In this document: positions 1 through 14,141 of the stretch, in pieces
Layout: each line of letters opens with the position of its first letter
Numbering within the stretch: the first letter of the stretch is position 1
DNA from: Octopus bimaculoides
Taxonomy: Eukaryota
Reading direction: 5' to 3'
Assembly (NCBI RefSeq): GCF_001194135.2
Contig: NC_068993.1
Span: forward strand, 2,953,400 to 3,012,036
Length of the DNA stretch: 58,637 nucleotides
The notes under the pieces: generated by a model
The model's database searches: none
Told to the model about the DNA's origin: nothing
What the model saw: the letters and a program-made list of their open reading frames with translations, nothing else
Made by a program: the position numbers and the translations under genes

Positions 1-40
<40 letters not shown>

Positions 41-1674
41 AATAATAAATGAGTATGTGCATATATACGTACAGTTATGTGCATACCTACGTCTACCTGT
101 ATATATAGGTGAATATCTGAGTACAGGACATTGCAAACAAAACGTAGAGAAGAAAATAATAATAACCAGAGTACAGAAAACACACAAGCCACATAGAGAA
201 CATTTTCCACACATTATGAACTTGTATCAGTTTCCTTTACAAATCATTAGTCATCTTGGGGCTGCAGTAGAAAACACTGGCCTATGATGCCATACAGTTA
301 AACTGAAACCAAAGCCAACTGGTTGAGAAATGCACTCTTTCTATACAAATCCATATATATACACATGCAAAGACACACAAACACACACACGTTATATTTG
401 TGTAATGTTTATCTTTTTGCTTTTAATTAATTCTTCTAAATAGTCATTAATTGATTAGTTTAATTAGTTCTAGTTTATTGTTTATTTTAAAATTTTCTTT
501 TCAATAAAAAGGACAAACGAACAAAGAAATTTAGTTATAATTGCATAAATACTTAAATTTAGATAACACCAAATGTTATCTAAATAAACATAGACTCCCC
601 ATCATTAGCTGATGTATTGGAAATCATTGTGGTTTTGACACCAAGCTGTAGCATTCAATTGAACAATGACAACAGTATGAAAAAAAACTCTATATTTAAA
701 TGCAGCTTCGGTATTCTTAGACATAATGGCAAAAAGAAAAAAAACAAAAAACAACCACGAGCCTGTGATAGAAAGTTATGTACCTTTCCAAATTAACAAC
801 TACATAAAAAGGTATGTATGTATAAGCAGCAAGGAATAACAAAAACAATGGATTTGAATTGATGCGGTGTAAACAGAAATAACAGCTTGTCTTTTCATTA
901 TGTGATTGTGTATGAACGTATTTTGGAAACGAAAGAAAAATGATAATTGAGCCGTATTGATCGATGATAGCTTCTCTCTTAAAAGTTGAAGTTTTCCAAC
1001 CAAAACTACAGCAGTGTCTTTATTACTTTCGAATCAATGTCAGCACTTTGCAAATTACTATTGATGAAACACCAGTTAAGTCAAGAATTTGAACCTAGAA
1101 AAATCATAGCAGATACCACAAGTCATCTGTTCTGACACTTTCACAGTTCTAGCATTCACTATTCTGGACTGTTACTTTATTTTCTGACCTGTTAAAGGTT
1201 GAAAAGAAAAGATGCTCGTGTTGGGATTTGAACTCAGAACATAGAAAACTACTAGAAATGTTGCAAGGTATTCTATAATGCATTCGATGCTCTTACTACC
1301 TTTCCAATTCCCCGTGTTAATTGGTTTTTTTGTCTCATTATCTTCACGAGGTTTTCATGATGTGATGTCCATGTTCACAACTTATTGGAGAGCATTAAAA
1401 ATGTCAGTGAAGTGAAATAATTATGTCTGGGATTCACTAATGTCTTGCAGTCTTCATTCAACTGGAACTTGCTTCATACATTCTCAGTTATCTCCATTTT
1501 TTTGTTTGTTTGTTTGTTTGTGTGTTATTTAGTTAATGGTCCTAATATATAAGCAGCTCCCATGAAGAAGCCAAGTTATGAACAAATACAACACGACTGA
1601 TTAGAGAAGCATATCTAGCAAATGGAATATTTCAACATGTTCTGTGTATTGATATGTATACGGGTGGCTGGCTA

Positions 1675-1726
<52 letters not shown>

Positions 1727-2789
1727 CAGCAAATATTGAAGCCATTAGACATGATTAAAGCATCGTACAGAAGAATGTATTTCTATGATTCCCTTGTTTT
1801 ATTTTTCACAAAGGATTTAAGTAACATAATGAGCCGTTAATAATTGATACATAGTTCTGTAGTTCTTCAGATCATTTCAGCTTTCCTGTTCACGTCAGCA
1901 CAGGCTGGAGCATCGCCTTCAGATTTTTTTAATACTTATTTCAGCTGAAAAGAAAAAGTGTCATCACATAGTCTTTATAATTTATGTTAATATATAATAC
2001 ATTGAGTCATGTTGATTTTCATTTCTCTGTTGCTTTTCCATTTTTGTCACACTAGAAAGAATGCAATGACAGAGAAAGAAAAGTGAGAGAGAGAGAGAAA
2101 GAAAGAGAGATTATAAAAAGAGACAGGTGAAAGAGATAAGCAGATACATAAATAGACAGACAGACATTTCTTTATCCAAGGTTGAGTTTACATGAGTTAC
2201 TACTCAGAATTTTCTCATAAGACAACAACCCTGGACAACAACACTACTCACTCTAGCCTTCCATTTGTACCTCTGACATCCATCTCTGTCACTGTACATC
2301 TCTTTTTCTCCCCTCACTCTTCCATCCCCACACATTATCTACCATTTTATTATAATATTGCTGCTCACCATACTTCCTCTGCTGCCACTTGACTCTTTCT
2401 TCTTGAATCACTCCTATTTCTTTCACCTCCCACCCTCATGCTAATATTTACCATCACCCACATCTCCCATCTCCACCTTTGTGCTATTCATCCAACACCC
2501 ATCTCCGACCATCTGTTGCTCACCTCTCCCATTCTAATGAACCTATCCACCCACATCTCCCAGTCTTCTGTCCATATTTTCTCTTATGCTCACATTCACA
2601 TATCTTGAGAGTTTTATCTAACCATACATCAGCACCTTCCTTGTCTTCTTCCCAGCTGCTCTCACCCATATATATAATTCAAGATACCTGGGTATTGCTT
2701 CTATAGCATAACACCTGTGCCTACCCCTCCATCTCAACATTTTGCACTGAGCCATTTCCCCCTCTAATACTAACCCTTGCATTTCAGGG

Positions 2790-3032
2790 CTGCTTTTATC
2801 TTTGTACTGTGAGACACTTGGTGACCTCACTAGTGCCAGAGTCGCAGAAAAGGCATTTGGCATGCTCTGTAGGGTGACTGATATTAAAGAACGCAACCAG
2901 CCATAGGAACTATGCCACGACAGACATTGGTGCTTGAGGCAGTCATCCAGGTTGTTGGAATCCTGTCAAACTGTCCGTCCCACACCACCATGGGAAATGA
3001 GCATTAAATAATGATGTTGATACTGATGATGA
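2790..3032 (+). mobile_element. 5'-truncated retroposon 3' tail (RTE-LINE 3' UTR / SINE-tail family) ending in (GAT)n
   Basis: ggtgacctcactagtgcc...aaccagccatagga...ctgtcaaactgtccgtcccacaccaccatgggaaatgagcattaaataatgatg aligns by eye with better copies at 26455-26652, 28825-29022 and 34860-35120. Confidence 0.65.
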
Positions 3033-3155
3033 TATAAATGTAAATACAAGTATATATATATATGTATATATATACATACACATATATACATATATACACA
3101 AATGTATATGTATATATATATTTATATATGTATGTATGTATATATATATATGTGA

Positions 3156-3202
<47 letters not shown>

Positions 3203-3687
3203 CCATGGAAACTCACACAAGCCTTCATACATATGTTTATCAATTCGCAGATTACAAACATTTCTAAAGGTAGAAGATATCGTATAATTAATGATGGTTA
3301 AGTGACTTATTATCATACGTTCCATTCAGATTACCATTTTCACAGAATTGTACATTATTCAGAGAATTTAAAATCTTATTAATATCTTCATTCGTCTTGA
3401 CAGAGATTAACAATATTGCCCGTAAATTGGTGCGAATGCATTTACTGACAAATACAATATCAGAAGCTCTCCGGAACTGTGCCATCATTCTGCCAAATGA
3501 ATGGCTTTTGAAATGATTCCTTTAAAATTCATTTCAAGAACTAATTGGAAAGATGTAGTGAATTTCATTTCCCATAATCATGGAGAAACTTCTGTGTATG
3601 TAGTTCTTTGCCGAACATCCAAAATACACAGTTGCTTAAAAAACAGAAATCTGCTTGCAAGGTGTTTTCTGGCTGGAGTTGTGAGCT

Positions 3688-3706
3688 CTACTACTACTAC
3701 TACTAT

Positions 3707-3774
<68 letters not shown>

Positions 3775-3892
3775 GTGCTACTACTATTACTACTACCACT
3801 GTTGCTGCTACTATTACTGCAACTGTTGCTGTTGCTGCTGCTACTACTACTACTGCTACTACTACTCCTATTGCTACTACTACTACTACTCT
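3688..3892. repeat. compound (CTA)n/(CTG)n trinucleotide microsatellite
   Basis: direct inspection; source of the poly-T, poly-Y and poly-V ORF artefacts. Confidence 0.95.
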
Positions 3893-3949
3893 CTGATCCT
3901 TGATATATATATAATCAGTGAAAAAAGTGTAGTTTCTAGAATAACCTAG

Positions 3950-4110
3950 TATCTTTTATCATTTATCTGTTTCAGTTATTAGACTGAGACCATGCTGGGG
4001 CACCACTTTGCAGAATTTTAGTTGAAGGAATCAGCCTAGTATTTATCTTTTTTGTAAGCCTGATACTTATTCTATCAGTTATTTTTGCTGAACTGCTAAG
4101 TTATGAGAAT
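3950..4110 (-). mobile_element. degenerate SINE 3' part (same family as 33411-33672)
   Basis: reverse complement contains ggtgccccagcatggtctcagtctaataactgaaacagataaatgataaaaga, matching ggcggtgctccagcatggctgcagtcaactgactgaaaccagtaaaagag at about 33625-33672. Confidence 0.7.
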
Positions 4111-4198
4111 ATTTTTATGGTAGACAGGAAACAAAGGATGGTTAAGCTTCTTCAAACTGTCACTTGATATTAACCCAAGACAACACAAAGAAATTCAT

Positions 4199-4265
<67 letters not shown>

Positions 4266-4569
4266 CACACACACACACACACATAAGGGGCACTCCATCA
4301 GTTACAACGATGAGAGTCCCAGATTGATATGATCAGTGGAACAGAGAGATGTATCCTAATGTAATCCTTATTGTCCTCTGAACATCCTGGTCATATTCCT
4401 TATAAGGTATTTAAAATGCAAAATTATATATTTATATGCGTTTTGTAATTTTAATCTTATTTGTGAAATGAAACAATTGTTGGTGAATATGTTGATTAAT
4501 TAATGAATTAATGTATATCCACTAGAACTCTCTGTTTTTTAACTCAATATATAAGGAAAATAAGACGAT

Positions 4570-4715
4570 GCTAAAATAATTTTATCATTTTGTATCAGTT
4601 TCAGTCTTTTTGAATTTTTCAATTAAGAGTAAAACAAGAAATAACAATTAAATTGAAGAAAAAATTAAATGAAATGTTTTGTAAATATTTCCATAGGTAG
4701 GACATTTTCCTTTTT

Positions 4716-4755
<40 letters not shown>

Positions 4756-5018
4756 CCTTTGTGAAGGCTCGGTAGTTAGTAACAGATGTAAAGAAATAGT
4801 GTTTATGGGTACAGAGAAATGTTGGTTCTGAAGTTTGATGGTTTAAGACAGCAAAAAGGAAAATGTCCTAGCTATTTGAAGACTATGGAAATATTTACAA
4901 AATATTTAATTTAATTTTTTCTTCAATTCAATTGTTTTTTCTTGTTTTACTTTTATATGAAAAAGTCGAAAAGACTGAAACTGGTACAAAATGTATTTCA
5001 TGATAAAATTATTTTAGT
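4570..5018. mobile_element. foldback/MITE-like element with inverted arms of about 145-165 bp
   Basis: 4570-4714 aligns to the reverse complement of 4853-5018 with two short indels; a (CT)n tract lies in the spacer. Confidence 0.75.
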
Positions 5019-5862
5019 ATTTTCTACCTTGTTTTAGTAGAAGAACTTGCCTAAGGTGCACTACAGTGGAATTGAACCTGAATACATATATTTAGGAAGT
5101 TAACTTCTTAACCACACTGCACTCAACAGTTTATGTTCCCTCATCTGAAATGCATAATGTGTTAGATATTAGATTAGAGATCACAGTGGGACTTCAGCTG
5201 TTGAGATGGCAATGAGACTTCTAAGAGCATTTACTTTGTCACTAAAATTGAATTGCTTACAACTAGCATTGCAATACAAATTTCAAATTTGCTTTACTTC
5301 CTGCACTGTGATGTCTACTAATTGTATGTATGTATGTGTGTGTGTGTATGTATGCATGTATGTGTGTGTGTGTATGTATGTATGTGTGTGTGTATGTATG
5401 TGTGTATGTATGTATGCATGTATGTGTGTGTATATGTATGTATGTGTGTGAGTATGTATGTGTGTATGTATGCATGTGTATGTATGTACATATGTATGCG
5501 TGTATATGTATGTGTGAGTATGTATGTATGCATGTGTGTATGTATGTACGTATGTATGTGTGTATGTGTATATGTATACATGTATATATATGTATGCATG
5601 TATGTATATATGTGTATGCATGTGTGTTTTTATATATGAACATGTACATACATCTACATATACATATATATCACATATCACAATCTCTCACACTTCTTCT
5701 TCCTCTCTGTCTTTCTCTCTTCTTACACNNNNNNNNNNNNNNNNNNNNNNNNNNNNNNNNNNNNNNNNNNNNNNNNNNNNNNNNNNNNNNNNNNNNNNNN
5801 NNNNNNNNNNNNNNNNNNNNNNNNNNNNNNNNNNNNNNNNNNNNNNNNNNNNNNNNNNNNNN

Positions 5863-5905
<43 letters not shown>

Positions 5906-8078
5906 CACATACACACTGTAATTATGTATACATACACATACATATGCATACATGTATGTATACCTGTATTCATGCAGCTCTGTATTCTCATCTTCATACA
6001 TACGACTAAATATAAAAGTGTATGTGTGCATGTCTGTCTATGTATATATATATATATATATTTGTGACTGGATGTGTGTGTGTGTGTGTGGTTATGTGGA
6101 AATATATTCATGAGTTAATTCTGTACAAGAATTAATCAATCTTTAAAATATTGTGAACAAAACCAAAATAAAAATACAAGAGAGAATATTGAAGAGAAGG
6201 TAAAAAAAACCTTTTTTTTTTATTTTACATCCAATCTAAAATTTGATTTAACTTCGCTGCCAGATTAGCGCTACCATTGTTTCTTAAAGAGGATTAATTG
6301 TTCAAGCTACTAACTAAAAAATAGATAAACAAAAATTTAAAAAATATGGTTTTAAGTTTCAATTCTAAAATAAATAGCTATCAGATAGTTTAATCTGAAT
6401 TCCATGTTATTTTTGTTTTTACTTTTAAAACACAGCAGTTATCTTTCCTTCATGTTATGCTTTTTCTATTTCTATTTTGATTAATAAAATTTTCTTTCAA
6501 TTTTGTTCTGATTGTTTTCCATTTGCTGTTTAAATAAACAACATAGAACCACATCTCCACTTGACTTATTTAGATGTTATTGCTATAATTTCATGTTGTC
6601 AGATTTTCGCAAGTTTTTATTAGAAACGTGAACGAAACAACTGAAAATTCAGTGAAAGATTAATATAAGACTTAATAAATCTCTAGCATGTATTTTTGGT
6701 TCCAGTATAGCGTAGTTATATGTTTACCGTTTTTGTATAATTAAACATAAAAAAGGAAGAAAAACCATTTTTTGCCACCTTCATTTCGGTCTTCATTCTG
6801 AAATTTGGTTCTAACCATCAACATATGCTTAATTGATATATGTGTTTAATTATTATTTATATATTTGATGATTATATTTAGTAAACCAATATAAAATAGA
6901 CAAAAAAAATAAGAATGTAGAAATAGCAGGAACATAGTGCCACAGGGCATTTCAAAATATTTGGTTGTTGCTGTTTAGTTCCTAGACCAGTTCTGATGAA
7001 AGGAAGAGAAGCAATCACTGGCAAAGCGAACACCTGGCTGAGTTGCTTGCAACAGAATAGACCCCATTGAGGGCACCCAAGTTAGGGCCATCTTAACCCT
7101 GTTAAAGTCCACAAAGAAAAGCAACAGAAATCCACTGAGACCTATAATATATATTTATTGGCAAACAATCATAGTGTATGGAAATTAGCATTGGCTCCTA
7201 GTTCTAGGTGGCTTCTGTGTAGCAACTCCTTGTGCCCCTTACTTAAGATGTCACTGATTCAAGAACCAGATTCTAAATTTCAACTGGGCCCATATAATGT
7301 CAAAAGCTCAGTGACTCAGTAGGCAAAAAGTCAGAATACAACAAGGTATCCTATCCATTGTTCTGCAAATTCTATAAATCAACTCCACATACTGAGCAAA
7401 CATGTCTTATCAACCCTGAATGAATAAACTGTAGAGTAAGAATTAGTGAGATTTGGATCCATAGCCCAGAGAGCAAGAAACTATGACGAATGACCAAAGA
7501 TATTTCAACCATGGCCATCACATCTTTTGCTACATATCTAGGACAACACTGTCCAAAGTCTCACTCTTTTATTTTAAAAACAGTAGCATGTGAGTTTAAG
7601 GAATTTGGGTGCTATTTCTAGCATGTCAAGTGACCATATACAGACTCTTTCATTGACCAGAATATTCAGTTTAGTGTTTTGGCATTCTGAGTTCAAATTG
7701 GACTTCCTTCAAGTTTGCCTCTTGTTCCCTTCAATGTTAATAAAATATGTATAACTTACTGCATGAAATACTGTGCTTCTTTTCCTATAAAAGATATTTT
7801 TGTGAATCATTAAGTCTCACAAGACACAGATTATATTTAATTATAGAAAACTGATGCAGTGGATGTAGAAGTCTTATTTCATATGTTTAAGCATCACCTC
7901 AGGCCCTGTTTGCTACTTTTATACCATTAACTTTCCTACCACAGCAGATACCACTTCAATCTTGTTAAATTATTGTTTCACATAAACAGATTAGTGATAC
8001 TTATTTCAGCAAATCTTCTTTAGCAATAACAGATTAAGTTATCTGATGTTTGATGGTTTTCTTTCTGTCTTTGAGATG

Positions 8079-8133
8079 CTACTTTGCTCTGTCATCAGTA
8101 TTAACCATTTCGATACCATTCACCTCTGATTCT
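8079..8133 (-). CDS. candidate terminal coding exon (ESEVNGIEMVNTDDRAK*)
   Basis: acceptor ttttgtttcag followed by a short open frame to TAG; no homology recognised. Confidence 0.2.
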
Positions 8134-9334
8134 CTGAAACAAAACTGCTTCTTTTAAAATTATGAAGTGTTTAAATTAAACACTAAAAGCAAGTTTAGTT
8201 TTTAAAGTGTTTTAAAGTGTATATAAAGTTAATTTAAATGTTGAGTATTTTTTAAATTTATTTATTCCAGTATATTGATGAGTCTGAATCTTTTGTTTTG
8301 TGTCGTTCCAAATTACGAATTTGATAAGGAAAACTGTATTTTACTGGAATTGTTATAAATTCTAGATCATTTTCTAAACTAATTGAAACACACAGGAAAC
8401 AGATTTAATTTGAAATATAGCCACCAAAGTGTTTTTAAAATATTCTATTTTTGTCAACCAGTTTGCTCACAAGACGTTGATTAGTTTGATACCATTGTAG
8501 AAGACACTTGTCTACAGTGCCACCCAGTAGAAACAAACTTTGATCCATATGGTTCCACAGTGAACTTCTAAAACTCTTGGACCAAGCCTGCACCTATATA
8601 TGTTTACATGTATGTATATATATGGTATGGTTATCTTAATACATTTAGAAGGAGAAATAAAGCAAAAACAACATCACTCTCCATGATGTTCTTGGGAGTT
8701 GAAGACCAAAAATGTTGATTTTCATTTAATATGGAACATCACTAAACATGCTAAGCTGTTTGTTAATGATAGATATGGTTGCGATCTCAGCAAGAAATTT
8801 AAAATACACATGTCAAGTTATTAACAAATCAAATGAATTAAAGACCAAATGTCTGCATTCTATCCAGAGAACATTCTTATTATTTAAACCAATTCTATAA
8901 TGTCTTACCTGGCTGCTTCATATATATCTATAACCTTACGATATACAGCTAAATTACTAGTAATAACTTTCATGCCTTACATTTAGGTAACCCAGTGTAT
9001 TTTAACACTATTATGCACATAACTGATCGTATTTAAACTACTTTTGCTTGCTCTTAGTTCTAACGGTAGATACTAATCACTCTAATTTCATATAGTCCAT
9101 ATTTTATATAATTCAATTTTATAACCTTATTCAATTTGCATCAAGCCTTAGGTGTTATTTTCATATTTGCTTCCTCTGCCCTAGTTACAGATTTTAGAAT
9201 TGGGGAGCAAACTTCTTAAGCACATGTGTCTCTTGTTACTTGAAATCCCATTATTTTCAATAGTCTGCAAGTGTTTTATGGAGATTTCGTAAATATTTTT
9301 GTGACCAAGATTTAATCATATAATCTGTGTTAAA

Positions 9335-9590
9335 GCTTGTCTGAGTCATGGATGCTGTGATCAAGTTCATACACATTGACACATGTTGTAGAAGGATGAT
9401 GTATTCTGTTAAAGTGAAGATTAATTGCAGTTTTTATAGACTTTAAAGCTATATTTGACAGTGTACAGAGAATGGTATTTTGGAAATCTCTTGAAGCTGA
9501 AGGAATTCTAAGCAAGATTATCTGATGTAAACAACATTAAAGCAATCGTTCTGTTGCAGTATAAAAACTACAAAATTAAAACTCAAGCAT
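9335..9590 (+). pseudogene. decayed non-LTR retrotransposon reverse-transcriptase fragment (RTE-like)
   Basis: with stops and frameshifts reads HGCCDQVHT...LIAVFIDFKAIFDSVQRMVFWKSLEAEGILSKII, resembling the GRGCxDQIFxL...FIDFxxAFDSV region of LINE reverse transcriptases. Confidence 0.8.
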
Positions 9591-10960
9591 GCATTTAACT
9601 TCCAATTGGAACAGGCATCAGACATCTGTTCTCTTACATCTATTTTTTCCCCCAAAATAGTAATCATTAGATGAAGTGTTCAGCTTCAAGCAGAATATAC
9701 AATTTGGTCAGAATGGTTATGTCATTATGTCATCATTAAAGTTTTTGCTGAGTGAAGTGCAATTTCTGCTGGCATACACTTTCTCTGAGATACCTAAGAT
9801 ATAGCTTCACAATTAAGTGCTAAATATCAACTAAATTTTCATAAATTTACTGATCAGGATAATGGTGTTGAGTTTTACAAACTTTGAACATTATAGACAA
9901 CATGGGAAAAATAAGAAAAATTTGGAGGAGAAAGAAAGAAAGAAACACACAACAAAACAAAACAAACAGTTTTAATTACATGTTAGAAACTACAGCAATT
10001 TCATTTTCAAACTATGAGAACAATTTAGATAATGAATTCAGAGACAAATTAAATTGTTTTCTCAAAATTCTTTATTTTCAATGATCATTAAAAATATATC
10101 TAATCTCTTTCCGCAGACAATATCACCTTTTTAACACAGAATATATTCCTAAGGGAACAATATACATAATTGAACATAGGAAAAACTAATCAATCATACC
10201 AAAAATCTCGTTTTTTTTTAGAATACTCTTACAAGAATCTAAATTTTCAATTTTCCTTTCATTAAACAATCTGTGAAATTTCATTTAAATTTATCTAAAA
10301 TATAAAGCTTTATCATCTCTACAAAGAATAATTATGTTCTAAGATTTAAGATTTATTACTTCATTAAAAAAAATAAAGTTGCCATAAAATGATTATATGT
10401 CTGGCTTTGCAATATCCATTTTAGTTCTTTATTAAGCAGTTCACATACTTTTTTTCTTCCCCCTCTATTACAATGGGTTGCACTGATAGGAAAGTCTAAA
10501 ATGTGCAAATATTTAAAGGCTTATGTCAGAAGCTCATTCATAATTAAGTTAGGCAATGTTTTGAGAGTGGAATGTGGTAAGGAAACATGAAGTGGAAGCC
10601 TGCCTTGTTTATTTGTGTGTATGTATATATCTGTGTGTGTATGTGTAAGAAAGCATATAGTTCAGGTATTAGGATGTGGGCTCATCATCATAAAACTGTG
10701 GATTCAAAACTTCAATTTCCCAGAATACCTTCTACTAATGAAAATTTGCTTCACAATGAAAGCCGGTTAAAAATCTTTATTAAAACATGCTTCCAATTTA
10801 GCATTCTGCCTTATTCTTCATTTTCCTATTATTTCTCCACTTGCGGTTAACACAACCCAACTATTTACTGACTTATATANNNNNNNNNNNNNNNNNNNNN
10901 NNNNNNNNNNNNNNNNNNNNNNNNNNNNNNNNNNNNNNNNNNNNNNNNNNNNNNNNNNNN

Positions 10961-10995
<35 letters not shown>

Positions 10996-10997
<2 letters not shown>

Positions 10998-11322
10998 GGA
11001 GAGGTACAGGTGTCAATCCATTATGACCGTTTCTAACAACTCCTTTAATTAATCAATGAAAAAATTGCCTCATTGTAAAGAAACCGTTTTCATCAGATGA
11101 ATTCATGAACTTCAAAATAAAGGACATTGAAAATGATTTAAAGTAATTTTAAAATCTACGGATCAAAAACATTTACCATGATTCTGCAACTATTTCAGTT
11201 GACAAAATGCATTCTATCAACTGAAATAGCAGAATCACTGTAAATGATGTAATGTTTTCATTAATCAATTAAAGGAGTCGCTAGAAATGGCTGTAATGGA
11301 TTGATACCTGTACCTCTACTGT
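10996..11322. mobile_element. MITE with TIRs of about 60-70 bp, probably Tc1/mariner-derived (TA|CAGGTG...ACCTG|TA)
   Basis: caggtgtcaatccattatgaccgtttctaacaactcctttaattaatcaatgaaaa matches the reverse complement of ttttcattaatcaattaaaggagtcgctagaaatggctgtaatggattgatacctg; TA at 11005-11006 and 11311-11312. Confidence 0.85.
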
Positions 11323-11637
11323 CACTCATTAACATTTTATTCACCTGTTTCAGAATCTTCCCTCCATAAATATTATGGACAGTATATTTGATATAATGTA
11401 CATGTTTGAATAGCACATGAGTGGATTTCTTCATTCAGCTGGGTCTACTTGTCTCCATACACTGCAAGAATATCATTCAGCCGATACTTAGGTACCAAGT
11501 TTGGGATTTACATAATATTGTTGTGTGTGTATATTATTCCGACCTAATGAGGTGCCTCATTTTAATAACCTAATTCAAGTGAACCTTACTTATATATATA
11601 TGTATATATATATATATATGGGAGAATTTACGAAATA

Positions 11638-11737
<100 letters not shown>

Positions 11738-13194
11738 GACACACACTCACACACATATAAATGCGTATGTGTATGGGCAAGGTATATGTGTGTGTGTAAG
11801 AGTGTTTATGCTTCCTTGTCTTGTCATTGCAGGATAATTGTAAGTGAAAGACATCTTCATACAAGCAGTATGCTTCGTTTCCAAAACTTGTGCGTAAAAA
11901 TGTCCGGCCATGAAGAAATATGACTTTGCTTGGAAATATGTAACAGTTGAAGAGCATCCAGTCATAGAAAATCGGCCTCAGTGAATTTCGTCTGACCCAT
12001 GGAAAGATGAATGTTAAAATTGACGATAATGGTGATGACATATGTATGCATCACATTAGGCCATTCTCTCTAAAATATCTATGATATATCATGGTTACTA
12101 TATTCTACAATGACTTTGCTATATTCCGTGTTCAGTATTCTCTAAATTGACTTTGGTATATCATGTTTTTCTTAGAATATTCTCTCATTCTAAACTTTGA
12201 AATTATATATTGTTTTTTGTTTTTATTTTCATTCCACCTGATGGTTAGAAAAACGTTTTATTCCCCAAATGAAAATATAACATCGCTTCAAATTTTTTAC
12301 ATTATATTTGTTGTTGTTGCTATTGTTGTTGTTGTTGTTGCTGTTGTTGTATTTGCAAATGATATTTCTGCTGACACTCTCTTCTGTTTTGATTTATTCT
12401 CAACATGATTAATAGGAACAAAATACATTTTGAAAATTTTTCAAAACTATCTGAAAAGACAAGAAGCTATGAAAACCCTGTAGAAAATATTTCAATTTAA
12501 TTTAGAAAAATAATGCGCCATGTTTATTTTCCTCTTTTTATGAAATTTTCTATTTAATTCTTAACTTCTACTAAAACTAAACAAACATCGAATTGCTTTA
12601 GTTTCCCCTGGTGCTTCTCTGGTATATCTTAGCTCTACGACACATTTGGCGATTTACTTTTTTTTCAAATCAACTGTAAATACAAAAACTTTACATTGAA
12701 ACAAATACAAAAAAAACCCACTTTTTATGTATATACTATATTTATTTATGTATTTCTCAATGCTTACCTATATTTCTGTTTATCTCTTGTTGTACTCATA
12801 TTTATGTGTTTGTCTGCTGTTGGTACTAATACACAGTGTTTATTTATTTGCTTCTTTCAAAATAATTCTTTACTGTCCATTGGATAGAAAACAGCAGCAA
12901 CTCCATGTTGTTATGGATTGTATGAAATCCTGTTTTCTTGTAACGAAATTGTCATGCATGTGCCATAGGATAAATAAAACACAGCAGCTGAAATCAGATT
13001 TGTTGTGTGTTTGTGTGTGATTATGTATGTGTTTGAGTGTGTGTATATGTGTGTGTTTGAGTGTGTGTATATGTGTGTGTGCCTGTAAATACACAAATAT
13101 ATATGTATGTGTGTATATATACATATATACATACACGCGTTTGTATGTATGTATGCATACACACACATGCATGCATGCATATATACATGCATAC

Positions 13195-13293
<99 letters not shown>

Positions 13294-13296
13294 TAT

Positions 13297-13796
13297 ATCA
13301 TAAATATACAGGGATTAGCATTGAGTTGCTTCTCCAACAATGCTAATCCCTGTATATTTATGATGATAAATGGTTTTACCGATAAAGGTTTTTTCATACT
13401 GAACTACTTGGCAAAATTGTTAATTATTAATTCTATTATTAATTGACGATTCCCTGCCCTTATTCTTGTAGATATATATATATATATAGATAGATAATCA
13501 TAAATATATAGGGATTGACAGAAATAGCAGTCAAAGAACTACTGATTTCAAAACTACAAATTCTGTGTGTATCAAAAATATCGCTATCAATCTGGAGTAA
13601 TAATTTGTAGTTTTGAAATCAGTAGTTCTTTGACTGCTATTTCTGAATTCTCAGTATGTTGGAGAAGCAGGTTACTGTCAATCCCTATATATTTATGATT
13701 ATAAATGTTTTTTACCGAAGAAGGTTTTTTCATACTGAGCTACCTGGCAAAATTGTTGATTATTAATTTTATTACTAATTGACGATTCCCTGCCCT
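13297..13796. repeat. tandem duplication of a [(GATA)n - perfect hairpin - 95-bp block] unit
   Basis: hairpins at 13297-13364 and 13494-13702; shared downstream blocks at 13365-13460 and 13703-13796. Confidence 0.9.
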
Positions 13797-14038
13797 GCAT
13801 ATCTATATAGATCGATAGATAGATAACACATGAAGACATGTTAAAAAAAAAATGAGAAACTGATTCCCTGAAGAATTATTTCTGACAAAGGTATCAAATC
13901 ACAAATCTATAGAAATGTGTATAATCTTTGGTATTAGCACCATAGAGTCATAAAATGTAGAATTAATTCTGCTGGAATTGAAATATAAATTGATAGAGAT
14001 AAAAATCAAAGAACTTAATGCTGTGTCTTTCCATTTAC

Positions 14039-14141
14039 CATTTCTATTATTCCTTATTGTTTTTATCAGGTTGTTTAATAGTTTTGACCCTGCCTCAAAC
14101 CATTCATGCCGCTCTGATACAAACTCCATTCTTTTAACTGA
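14039..14141 (-). CDS. candidate internal coding exon (SVKRMEFVSERHEWFEAGSKLLNNLIKTIRNNRN)
   Basis: acceptor ttttatttcag, donor ATG|gtaaat, 103-nt fully open frame; protein family not recognised. Confidence 0.35.

Noticed and set aside
721-811. Possible plus-strand exon MAKRKKTKNNHEP... with an AG|gtatgt donor
   Set aside because: A-rich, two frames are open, and no phase-compatible downstream exon was found.
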